A stretch of 25,812 nt of DNA from an uncultured Thermoplasmata archaeon (GCA_964591575.1 CAZQEG010000002.1:1-25812), one strand, 5' to 3'; positions 8,459-15,906 are shown, counted from the stretch's first letter. Notes: generated by a model from the letters alone, not told the origin. Numbers and translations: made by a program.

Positions 8459-9802
8459 CTAGAAATATATCCTGCACTTCTCGCAGTATTTTCTTCCTTT
8501 CTTTTCCACAAGAGGTGTGCCGCATATCGGGCATACATTCGCTTCTTCCATGGGAGGGAGGGGAGGCATCGTTTTCTCCCCTTTTTTAGCGGATGTCTTA
8601 GCAACATGGATAAAGAACAGAACTATGAGGGCGGCGATTATCAGGAATGCGGCGGTACATATCGCAAATCCCGAGATAAAGGATGAGTTGGTATATAATG
8701 GGTAATCCGGCTGCAGAGGTATCCTAGAATATCCCTGTGTCGGGTCGTCCGGTGCACCGTCGACTCCGTCCCAGACACCGTCTCCGTCGCTATCGCTCCA
8801 TTTTCCGGTCTCGTCCCGAGCATAATAGGCTCCGAAATGCGTGCCGTAACCATCGGAGACGAAGAAGACCACTTCTTTCATATCGTCGCTGAAGAAATAC
8901 CTCACCACGCTGGCGCCCTCTCCGAACATCGTACCGGGAATTAGCAGGGTGTCGTTCTTTCCGTCGTTCATCCACAGCGAGGTGCCGGCAAGGAGAGGAT
9001 ATTGATTTCTGAATGAGATGAAGCCTATTTTCCCATCCGGGAGAGCGCTCACCTCTTCCGAGTTTCCGATATAGGAAATGCTCGCAATCCGGCCGTTATC
9101 GTATGGTTCGGTATACGAATAGACATATCCAGAATCCGGCTGGTAATATGTCAGAAGCCCGTTGCTTGAGATGTACGGGAAATAGGCCGTATTGGAGAGG
9201 TGCATAATACATCGCAGGTCACTGCCGTCCGGTTTCACAAGATATATACCGCGATACTGAGGTCTCACCGAGAAATCCATCGAAAACACTATGTCCCCGT
9301 CAGGGGTCCATCGAAAGCCGGTTATGTCCGTTTCATTCCTGTAGTTCCAGTATATCTGCCTGAATACGGCATCCGGCCCCCATGCGCTCCCATTTTTTAT
9401 GAGAATGTTGAGCGATACGATATCTTCGCTCCCGTTATATTCTTCCGCTTTGAAGAGTATCTGCGAGTCGTTATGGTTGAATACCGGATTTTCAACCCGT
9501 CTGTTTCCGGAATAGACCGGCATCTGATTGTTACCGTCGGCATCGCACACCACGATGGAGTTCGGGATATCCGTGCCCATGCTTTTCAGATATACGGCCT
9601 TTTCAAGACCCCCGTCCAGATAGAGATGGCCCCGATATACGCTTGCATTGATGGAAAAAGGGTGTATGTTCTCGAAAGTGTAGCCGATGTAGTCACCGTC
9701 CGCCGCATTTCCCGTCTGAATCTGTCCGGGAAGAAGAAGAGTAACACTGATAAAGATGAGAACTCCGATGGTAAATGCCCTGTTTTCGCCATCCATAATC
9801 AT
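8459..9802 (-). CDS. Membrane-anchored protein: signal/TM, TolB-like beta-propeller, DxDxDG acidic motif, TM, cytoplasmic C4 zinc ribbon
   Basis: N-terminal hydrophobic stretch. Blade-like motifs 'IVVCDADGNN', 'RWTPDG', 'IYLVKPDGSDL', 'ALPDG'. 'DSDGDGVWDGVD'. TM 'FAICTAAFLIIAALIVLFFI'. C-terminus 'PPLPP...CPICG...YCEKC'. Confidence 0.8.
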   Translation of the reverse strand: MIMDGENRAFTIGVLIFISVTLLLPGQIQTGNAADGDYIGYTFENIHPFSINASVYRGHLYLDGGLEKAVYLKSMGTDIPNSIVVCDADGNNQMPVYSGNRRVENPVFNHNDSQILFKAEEYNGSEDIVSLNILIKNGSAWGPDAVFRQIYWNYRNETDITGFRWTPDGDIVFSMDFSVRPQYRGIYLVKPDGSDLRCIMHLSNTAYFPYISSNGLLTYYQPDSGYVYSYTEPYDNGRIASISYIGNSEEVSALPDGKIGFISFRNQYPLLAGTSLWMNDGKNDTLLIPGTMFGEGASVVRYFFSDDMKEVVFFVSDGYGTHFGAYYARDETGKWSDSDGDGVWDGVDGAPDDPTQGYSRIPLQPDYPLYTNSSFISGFAICTAAFLIIAALIVLFFIHVAKTSAKKGEKTMPPLPPMEEANVCPICGTPLVEKKGRKYCEKCRIYF

Positions 9803-9886
9803 ACATCCATAATGTATTTAAAGATTTTTCGGTGAGCGGAGACAAAAGCTTATATGACAATCATGTATTTAGGGAGCGGTGATTTC

Positions 9887-10120
9887 GTGACAGACGATGT
9901 TAAATCTGCAAAAAAGAACGCTAAAATGATGGCAAAGAGCGCTAGGAGGATGCAGGATATTGCAAAGCTCAGGTCAAAAGCTGCAAAACTTCGGGCCAAG
10001 ATAGCAAAGCATGAGGAGAAGATAAGGAGGCATGAGGCGGAGATAAAGAAGCTGAAGATGAAGGCGAACAGATTAGAACAGAAAGCCGATCAGCTTGAAG
10101 GAAAGAACCAGAGAGACTGA
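9887..10120 (+). CDS. Small highly basic coiled-coil protein (77 aa), function unknown
   Basis: GTG 9887 is preceded by GGTGAT with 3-nt spacing, and by a TTATAT box at about 9850. The track's ATG 9854 lies inside that box. 17 K + 8 R, heptad-like pattern. The stop is 10 nt before transketolase. Confidence 0.75.
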   Translation: MTDDVKSAKKNAKMMAKSARRMQDIAKLRSKAAKLRAKIAKHEEKIRRHEAEIKKLKMKANRLEQKADQLEGKNQRD

Positions 10121-10130
10121 CGGTGCTTGT

Positions 10131-10994
10131 ATGGTCGACAGGGAACTCCTCGGAAAGCTGAAACTGATGTCCAACAGGGTGAGAAAGCACATAATCGAGG
10201 AGATATATACTGCAGGTTCCGGCCACCCGGGAGGCTCTTTATCCGCTACGGACATCATCGTCGCCCTTTATTTTCATCTCATGAACTACGACCCTATGAA
10301 TCCCGACTGGCCGGAAAGGGACAGGTTCGTACTATCCAAAGGGCATGCCGCACCCGCTCTCTATGCGGTACTGGCTGAGAAAGGCGTCTTTCCGGTAGAA
10401 GAGCTTATGACGCTGAGAAAGATAGGCTCCCGTCTTCAGGGTCACCCGGACATGAGAAAACTGCCGGGAATCGAAGCATCGACCGGCTCTTTGGGGCAGG
10501 GTCTTTCAATCGGCAACGGAATGGCTCTCGCGGCAAGGCTTGACCGAAGGCCATACAATGTCTATGTTATGCTGGGTGACGGCGAGGTGGAAGAGGGACA
10601 GGTCTGGGAATCCGCAATGTTCGCAGCCCACTATAAACTGGATAACCTTATAGCATTTCTTGACAGGAACAAGCTTCAGATAGACGGGGAAACGGAAAAG
10701 GTGATGTCCATAGAGCCAATTGCTGACAAATGGAAGGCATTCGGCTGGGAGGTCATGGAGATAAACGGCCACGATTTCAATGAGATTATAGAAGCCGTCA
10801 ACCGGGCAAAGGAGATTAGGGGCCGACCTGTCATGATAATAGCACATACGATAAAAGGAAAGGGCGTGTCCTTCATGGAGGGCTCCGTGCACTTTCACGG
10901 AAAACCGCCGAATGACGAGGAATACAAGATTGCAATAAAGGAGCTGGATGAGGAGCGGCAGAGGCTTATCGAGGAGTTCGGGGGTGATGAGTGA
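10131..10994 (+). CDS. Transketolase, N-terminal (ThDP-binding) subunit
   Basis: '[10 protein letters not shown]', '[10 protein letters not shown]', 'LQGHP', 'STGSLGQG', 'GDGE..EG...N'. Start placed at ATG 10131. Confidence 0.96.
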   Translation: MVDRELLGKLKLMSNRVRKHIIEEIYTAGSGHPGGSLSATDIIVALYFHLMNYDPMNPDWPERDRFVLSKGHAAPALYAVLAEKGVFPVEELMTLRKIGSRLQGHPDMRKLPGIEASTGSLGQGLSIGNGMALAARLDRRPYNVYVMLGDGEVEEGQVWESAMFAAHYKLDNLIAFLDRNKLQIDGETEKVMSIEPIADKWKAFGWEVMEINGHDFNEIIEAVNRAKEIRGRPVMIIAHTIKGKGVSFMEGSVHFHGKPPNDEEYKIAIKELDEERQRLIEEFGGDE

Positions 10995-11932
10995 TGTGGG
11001 AGATGGCAAGTCAGAGGGTCGCATTCGGAAATACACTGGTGAAGATAGGAAGAGAGAACAAGGACCTTGTGGTACTGGGTGCGGACCTGTCTTCATCTAC
11101 GAAGACCAGCTTCTTTGAGAAGGAGTTTCCCGAGAGATTCTTCAACTGCGGAATAGCGGAAGCAAACATGATGGGTGTGGCATCAGGCCTGGCATCATCG
11201 GGAAAGACAGTCGTCGCAAGCACTTTTGCGGTCTTCGCAACCGGAAGATGTTATGACCAGATAAGGCAGAGCATAGCATATCCCAGGCTGAATGTCAAGA
11301 TAGTCGCCTCGCATGCGGGGATAACGGTGGGAGGTGACGGGGCTTCGCACCAAACCGCCGAGGATATAGCATTGATGAAGGTACTTCCGAACATGAGGGT
11401 GGTCGTTCCTGCCGATGCCGTGGAGGCTGCAAAGGCAACGAGAGCGATAATCGATGCAGACGGGCCTTTCTATATGAGGATGGGTCGCTCCGATGTTCCC
11501 ACGATAAGCTCGGAGGATGAGGATTTTGGAATAGGAAAGGGAACTATTCTCAGGGATGGAAGCGATGTGGCACTCATAAGCACCGGAATAATGGTCTCAC
11601 AGTCTCTCAAAGCGGCTGAGATGTTGAGGCTGGAGCAGATAGATGCCATGGTGGTGAATATGAGCACAATAAAGCCTCTTGATGCAGAGCTGACGGTCAA
11701 AGCGGCGAAGAAGACGGGGGCCGTTGTCACCGCAGAGGAGCACAGCGTCATATTCGGGCTTGGGAACTCGGTCGCCATGACCCTTGCAGAGAGATATCCC
11801 GTACCTGTGAGGCGTGTCGGAATACCGGACACATTCGGAGAATCTGGAGAATGGGACGAACTCATGGTAAGATACGGATTGACACCGGAGAACATCGTTT
11901 CTGCGGCGAAAGAGGTAATAAAACGGAAATAA
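10994..11932 (+). CDS. Transketolase, C-terminal (pyrimidine-binding/C-terminal domain) subunit
   Basis: 'GIAEANM', 'YDQIR', '[14 protein letters not shown]', 'EEHS'. TGATG overlap with the upstream stop and a GGGGTGA RBS. The start may be GTG 10991. Confidence 0.95.
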   Translation: MWEMASQRVAFGNTLVKIGRENKDLVVLGADLSSSTKTSFFEKEFPERFFNCGIAEANMMGVASGLASSGKTVVASTFAVFATGRCYDQIRQSIAYPRLNVKIVASHAGITVGGDGASHQTAEDIALMKVLPNMRVVVPADAVEAAKATRAIIDADGPFYMRMGRSDVPTISSEDEDFGIGKGTILRDGSDVALISTGIMVSQSLKAAEMLRLEQIDAMVVNMSTIKPLDAELTVKAAKKTGAVVTAEEHSVIFGLGNSVAMTLAERYPVPVRRVGIPDTFGESGEWDELMVRYGLTPENIVSAAKEVIKRK

Positions 11933-11943
11933 GGAGGAATCAA

Positions 11944-12588
11944 ATGAAAATATTTCTTGATACTGCGAACACGGAGCAGATAAGAGAGGCCGCCTCGTGG
12001 GGAATAGTCGACGGAGTGACCACGAACCCGAGCCTCATAGCGAGAGAAGGACGGGACTTCAAAGAGGTTGTGAAAGAGATATGCGATATAGTCGACGGCC
12101 CGATAAGTGCGGAAGTGATAAGCTTGGATGCCGAAGGCATGATAGAGGAGGCCAGAGAGCTTGCCAAGATACACAAGAACATAGTGATAAAGATACCCAT
12201 GACAGTGGAAGGCCTCAAAGCCGTAAAAAGCCTGAGTTCCGAGGGAATAAGGACAAATGTTACCCTCGTCTTCTCCTCGAATCAGGCGCTCCTCGCCATG
12301 AAAGCCGGCGCAAACTATGTGAGCCCGTTCGTCGGAAGGCTTGATGACATAGGGCATGACGGCATGGAGGTGGTCGGGGAGATACTCGATATGATAGACA
12401 ACTACGGTTTCGAGACAGAGGTCATAGTCGCCAGTATAAGGCATCCGAGGCATGTTCTCGAGGCTGCGCTCATGGGTGCCCACATAGCCACCGTTCCTTT
12501 TCCGGTTCTGGAAAAGCTTGTGAAGCATCCGCTGACCGACATAGGCATCGAGCGATTTCTGAAGGACTGGGAAAAGGTTCCGAAGTGA
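11944..12588 (+). CDS. tal: Transaldolase (TalC/FSA family 3, transaldolase-type residues)
   Basis: 'FLDTA', 'GVTTNPSL', Schiff-base Lys83 in 'IVIKIP', Glu57 ('SAEV') and Phe129 ('SPFVGR'). GGAGG RBS before ATG 11944. Confidence 0.95.
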   Translation: MKIFLDTANTEQIREAASWGIVDGVTTNPSLIAREGRDFKEVVKEICDIVDGPISAEVISLDAEGMIEEARELAKIHKNIVIKIPMTVEGLKAVKSLSSEGIRTNVTLVFSSNQALLAMKAGANYVSPFVGRLDDIGHDGMEVVGEILDMIDNYGFETEVIVASIRHPRHVLEAALMGAHIATVPFPVLEKLVKHPLTDIGIERFLKDWEKVPK

Positions 12589-12592
12589 TACC

Positions 12593-13828
12593 ATGGATGC
12601 ACTTCAAAAGGGAATACTCAGGCTGGAATGGGCGAAAGAGCACATGGATGTGATGAAAGCCGTGAGAAAGCAGTTGAAAGACGAGGGAGTTCTGGAAAAT
12701 GTCCGGATATCCATGGGCCTTCATGTTGAGGCAAAAACAGGAATACTTGCCCTTACGCTCGCAGAAGCGGGTGCGAAGGTGAGGCTGGCGTCCTGCAACC
12801 CTCTATCCACGGATGATTCGGTCGCCACGGCTCTTAACGAGGAATACGGTCTCGAGACATTTGCCAGAAAAGGCGAGGACAACGATGAGTATTACAGGAA
12901 CTTGAATGCAGTGCTGGACCAGAGGCCGCAGATTGTGATAGACGACGGTTCGGACCTGATTTTTCTCCTGCATACGAAGAGAAAGGAGCTGGCCGAAGGC
13001 ATATGGGGTGCCAATGAAGAGACCACGACAGGCATAGTCAGGCTTAGAGCCCTCCAAGCTGAGGGTCTGCTCAGGTTTCCCGTCATAGATGTGAACGACG
13101 CTTATATGAAGCACCTCTTTGACAACCGTTACGGCACAGGCCAGAGCTCATTTGACGGAATATTTACGGCTACGAATCTGCTGATAGCCGGAAAGACCTT
13201 TGTTGTCGGAGGATACGGCTGGTGCGGGAGAGGAATAGCAATGAGGGCGAAAGGCCTCGGTGCCGATGTTATAGTTACCGAGGTCGACCCGATAAAGGCA
13301 ATAGAAGCCAGAATGGACGGCTTCCGGGTGATGCCGATGAAAGAGGCCGCAAAGCAGGCCGATTTCATACTTTCTGCAACGGGCTGCAAGGACATCGTCA
13401 GAGAAGAGCATCTTGAAGTGATAAAAGACGGCGCCGTTCTGGCAAACTCAGGGCATTTCGATAACGAGATTTCAAAAGAAGACCTTGAAAATATGGCTGT
13501 CGGAAAGCGCAGGGTGAGGGATTTTGTGGACGAATACACGCTTAAAAACGGAAAGAAGGTCTATCTTCTGGGAGAAGGCCGCCTGATAAACCTCGCTGCC
13601 GGTCAGGGGCATCCCGTGGAGATAATGGATATGAGCTTTGCGATTCAGGCGCTCTCTGCCGCATATATAGCCAAGAATCATGACAATATGGAAAGAAAGG
13701 TGCATCAGGTACCTTATGAGATAGATGAGAATGTGGCGTGGATAAAGCTCAGGGCGCTCGGCATCGAAATAGACAGACTGACTGATATTCAGAAAAGGTA
13801 TATAAGCGACTGGAGAGAAGGAACATAG
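12593..13828 (+). CDS. ahcY: S-adenosylhomocysteine hydrolase
   Basis: 'SCNPLST', 'DDGSD', 'EETTTG', 'KHLFDNRYGTGQS', 'GYGWCGRG', 'GHFD', 'GRLINLAAGQGHP', and the archaeal-type C-terminus 'W..GT'. Confidence 0.97.
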   Translation: MDALQKGILRLEWAKEHMDVMKAVRKQLKDEGVLENVRISMGLHVEAKTGILALTLAEAGAKVRLASCNPLSTDDSVATALNEEYGLETFARKGEDNDEYYRNLNAVLDQRPQIVIDDGSDLIFLLHTKRKELAEGIWGANEETTTGIVRLRALQAEGLLRFPVIDVNDAYMKHLFDNRYGTGQSSFDGIFTATNLLIAGKTFVVGGYGWCGRGIAMRAKGLGADVIVTEVDPIKAIEARMDGFRVMPMKEAAKQADFILSATGCKDIVREEHLEVIKDGAVLANSGHFDNEISKEDLENMAVGKRRVRDFVDEYTLKNGKKVYLLGEGRLINLAAGQGHPVEIMDMSFAIQALSAAYIAKNHDNMERKVHQVPYEIDENVAWIKLRALGIEIDRLTDIQKRYISDWREGT

Positions 13829-14950
13829 ATGAAGATACTCCAGGTGGCACCGTATTTCCATCCGCACATAGGAGGTGTGGAATCTCACGTGTTCGACCTT
13901 TCCCGCTATCTTATCCGGAGGGGGCACAGGGTGGTGGTGCTGACCTCAAACTACGGGGGATTGAAAGAGAGGGAGACCGTCATGGGTATTCCGGTGAGAA
14001 GGGTAAAGGCTCTGACGGTGCGCTTTTCCACACCCGTAACACCTTCGATGAAAAAGGCGATATCCGAGGAAGGGGGGGATATAATACACAGTCATTCCCC
14101 GCCGCCGCTCTCCTCCTATTATGCAGGAAAAGCCTCCAGAAGATCCGGCATTCCGCATGTGATGACATATCACTGTGATCTCGAGATACCGGTTATAGGG
14201 GGTTCCCGCATTGTCGGGGTTTACAGAAAAACGCTTGGGAAGGCGACTCTCAAGATGACGGACAGGCTCATAGCCACCACGGAGACATATGCTTCCACTT
14301 CGAGGGACATATGGAGAAAGGATGTGGACATCATACCAAATGCGGTGGATGAAAAGAGGTTCAATCCCTCGATTTCCGGCAGGAAGGTCAGAGAGGAACT
14401 GGGAATAGATGGAGGAATGGTCCTTTACGTCGGCAGGCTTGTGTTCCACAAAGGCGTGGATTATCTCATAGAGTCTGCGAGATATACGAATGCTACATAC
14501 GTCATCGTCGGAACCGGGGAAAAAGAGAGGGAGCTCAAAAGGCTTGTGGAGAGAGACGGCCTCGAAAAAAGGGTGATATTCGCCGGAAAGGTGCCATACG
14601 AGAGACTGCCGGAGTATTATGCGGCGGCAGATGTCTTTGTTCTCCCTTCCGTGTCCAGACTGGAAGCCTTCGGGATAGTTGCACTGGAGGCCATGGCAAC
14701 CGCCACTCCGGTCATCGTCTCGAACATTCCGGGCGTCAGCGAGGTTATAGAGGATGGAGTTCAGGGAATAAGGGCGAAGCGTATGGATGCCGGAGACCTC
14801 GGGAAAAAGATAAGTCTGCTTCTGGGCGATGAGGAGCTGAGAAAGGAGATGGGAAGGAACGGCAGAAAGCTCGTGGAAAAGAAGTATACATGGGAAAAAG
14901 TAGTTGAAATGGTGGAAAAGGTTTACAGGGAGATGGAAGAGGGGCGGTGA
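13829..14950 (+). CDS. Glycosyltransferase family 4 (GT-B fold)
   Basis: 'FHPHIGGVESHV', 'IIPNAVD', 'YVGRLVFHKG', 'PSVSRLEAFGIVALEAMA', 'SNIPGVSEVI'. Confidence 0.95.
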   Translation: MKILQVAPYFHPHIGGVESHVFDLSRYLIRRGHRVVVLTSNYGGLKERETVMGIPVRRVKALTVRFSTPVTPSMKKAISEEGGDIIHSHSPPPLSSYYAGKASRRSGIPHVMTYHCDLEIPVIGGSRIVGVYRKTLGKATLKMTDRLIATTETYASTSRDIWRKDVDIIPNAVDEKRFNPSISGRKVREELGIDGGMVLYVGRLVFHKGVDYLIESARYTNATYVIVGTGEKERELKRLVERDGLEKRVIFAGKVPYERLPEYYAAADVFVLPSVSRLEAFGIVALEAMATATPVIVSNIPGVSEVIEDGVQGIRAKRMDAGDLGKKISLLLGDEELRKEMGRNGRKLVEKKYTWEKVVEMVEKVYREMEEGR

Positions 14951-14967
14951 AACCCTCTCCTGTGCAC

Positions 14968-15063
14968 TCACTCTTCGTCGTCTTCGTATCCGGTGGGGCA
15001 TCCCATAAGGTGATAGACCTCTTTCCATGAGCAGTCTTCAAGCTCTTCGTCGTACATGGTCAT
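14968..15063 (-). CDS. Small acidic peptide, 31 aa: MTMYDEELEDCSWKEVYHLMGCPTGYEDDEE
   Basis: Below the ORF-track cutoff; translated manually. Occupies otherwise empty intergenic space, uses genome-typical GAA/GAG/GAC codons, and has a TTAATATA box about 25 nt upstream of the ATG (leaderless geometry). Confidence 0.65.
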   Translation of the reverse strand: MTMYDEELEDCSWKEVYHLMGCPTGYEDDEE

Positions 15064-15079
15064 AACTAACAGGGAGTGG

Positions 15080-15087
15080 TATATTAA
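15080..15087 (-). promoter_or_regulatory. Putative TATA box of the 31-aa ORF
   Basis: TTAATATA on the minus strand begins 24 nt upstream of ATG 15063. Confidence 0.5.
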
Positions 15088-15094
15088 GCGAATC

Positions 15095-15179
15095 AAAAGA
15101 GCGGAGTGAAAGTGAATCCCGAAAAGCCGTGATAATGCCATCTAATGCCATAAAAGAGGGTTTTTCGGAGTGAAAGTGA
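15095..15179. repeat. Intergenic repeat element: 2x CGGAGTGAAAGTGA, 2x TAATGCCAT, 2x AAAAGAG, and an imperfect inverted repeat
   Basis: CGGAGTGAAAGTGA at 15102-15115 and 15166-15179. TAATGCCAT at 15133-15141 and 15143-15151. AAAAGAG at 15095-15101 and 15152-15158. CCGAAAAGCC (15119-15128) pairs with GGTTTTTCGG (15159-15168) with one G-T. Confidence 0.85.
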
Positions 15180-15188
15180 GTGTAAGTG

Positions 15189-15563
15189 TCACCTCAGAAG
15201 ATAGCACAGGAGGCCGTACTCTTTCAGAGCTATTCTTGTGTTCCCGGGAGTTATGTATTCCGGAGAGACCTTGTATTTCAGTATCTCATCCATGGAGATA
15301 CCCACGAAATCGGACATCTTTTCGAGGCGCTCCATGGGAAATCCCTGCCGTCCGATGAGAATCTGCTGGACGCTCCATCCCGGATGGTTCCTCGACCGGT
15401 ACCCGAGCACTCTGCCGAGCGCATTCAGGCTCCCAGCTCTTTCGATTCCCTCCTTTATAAGGTGAACCCTCATTTCAGAGGCTATCCACACGCTTTGCGG
15501 TCTTCGGCTGCCGTACCAGTTGTATGGGTCTCCGTACAGATTCAAGTGAATCCCATCTTTCAC
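15189..15563 (-). CDS. Hypothetical protein (124 aa) with a putative XRE-like helix-turn-helix
   Basis: 'GIERAGSLNALGRVLG....HPGWSVQQILIGRQGFPMERLEKMSDFVGISMDEIL' follows the XRE helical pattern with a short insertion in the turn. TTTTATA box about 20 nt upstream. Confidence 0.75.
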   Translation of the reverse strand: MKDGIHLNLYGDPYNWYGSRRPQSVWIASEMRVHLIKEGIERAGSLNALGRVLGYRSRNHPGWSVQQILIGRQGFPMERLEKMSDFVGISMDEILKYKVSPEYITPGNTRIALKEYGLLCYLLR

Positions 15564-15613
15564 TACTCTTCGAACCTATAAAAGATTTTCTAATTACGAA
15601 TTAAACAATATAT

Positions 15614-15781
15614 TTAGTTATATAGTTTATAAATGGAGTCATCTCTCTGTTCGATATCCGTCTCTCCTTCATCGTCATCTTCCATCATTATGCCGAGAAT
15701 GAGATTTACCACCTTCCTGAGTTCAATAACCTCTTCCCTGAGCTTTTTTATGTCATCCTTTATCTCATCGTCCTTTTGCAT
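15614..15781 (-). CDS. Small coiled-coil protein with acidic tail, 55 aa: MQKDDEIKDDIKKLREEVIELRKVVNLILGIMMEDDDEGETDIEQRDDSIYKLYN
   Basis: Missed by the ORF track; translated manually. Strong RBS AAGGTGGTGAT 3 nt before ATG 15781. Heptad I11/L14/V18/L21/V25/I28. Stop TAA at 15614-15616. Confidence 0.8.
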   Translation of the reverse strand: MQKDDEIKDDIKKLREEVIELRKVVNLILGIMMEDDDEGETDIEQRDDSIYKLYN

Positions 15782-15906
15782 GTTATCACCACCTTATTTC
15801 CCCGTGGCAAATAACCTTTTCTGTTCTTCGACATTTGACGATATAGATTCCTACAATAAGTAAAGATTATATAGCGCCTCGGGTTCTGCACCAGTAGGTC
15901 GATGAC

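Noticed and set aside
8407-8607. 66-aa basic ORF overlapping the 3' end of the propeller gene (possible frameshift product)
   Set aside because: The main frame ends in a complete Zn ribbon. There is no RBS or slippery-site support.
605-9810. ATACATCCAT found near two gene starts (605-614 and 9801-9810)
   Set aside because: Hundreds of chance 10-mer pair matches are expected in 26 kb, and the positions relative to the TATA boxes differ.
11470-12594. 374-aa minus-strand ORF opposite tktC/tal
   Set aside because: Antisense shadow of conserved enzymes.
13826-13831. ahcY TAG stop followed immediately by the in-frame ATG of GT4, suggesting possible amber (pyrrolysine) read-through to a fusion
   Set aside because: AhcY ends at its normal archaeal C-terminus (W..GT) and GT4 begins at its normal N-terminus (MKILQV). 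No pyl genes are in the window. Tight operon packing explains it.
13946-15028. 360-aa minus-strand ORF opposite GT4
   Set aside because: Antisense shadow. It is in a different frame from the 31-aa ORF, which fits the intergenic gap and has its own TATA box.
15095-15179. Repeats considered as a mini-CRISPR array or transposon ends
   Set aside because: There are only two 14-bp copies, shorter than CRISPR repeats, with a 50-bp internally repetitive spacer. No cas or transposase genes and no target-site duplication are visible.
15761-15834. 24-aa ORF (MSKNRKGYLPRGNKVVITCKRTMR) on the minus strand overlapping the start of the 55-aa gene
   Set aside because: It has no RBS, runs through the promoter and RBS of the better-supported ORF, and is short enough to occur by chance.
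15875-15900. GGGTTC...CCA sequence resembling a tRNA 3' half
   Set aside because: No cloverleaf can be formed. It is the leader of the thiolase gene.
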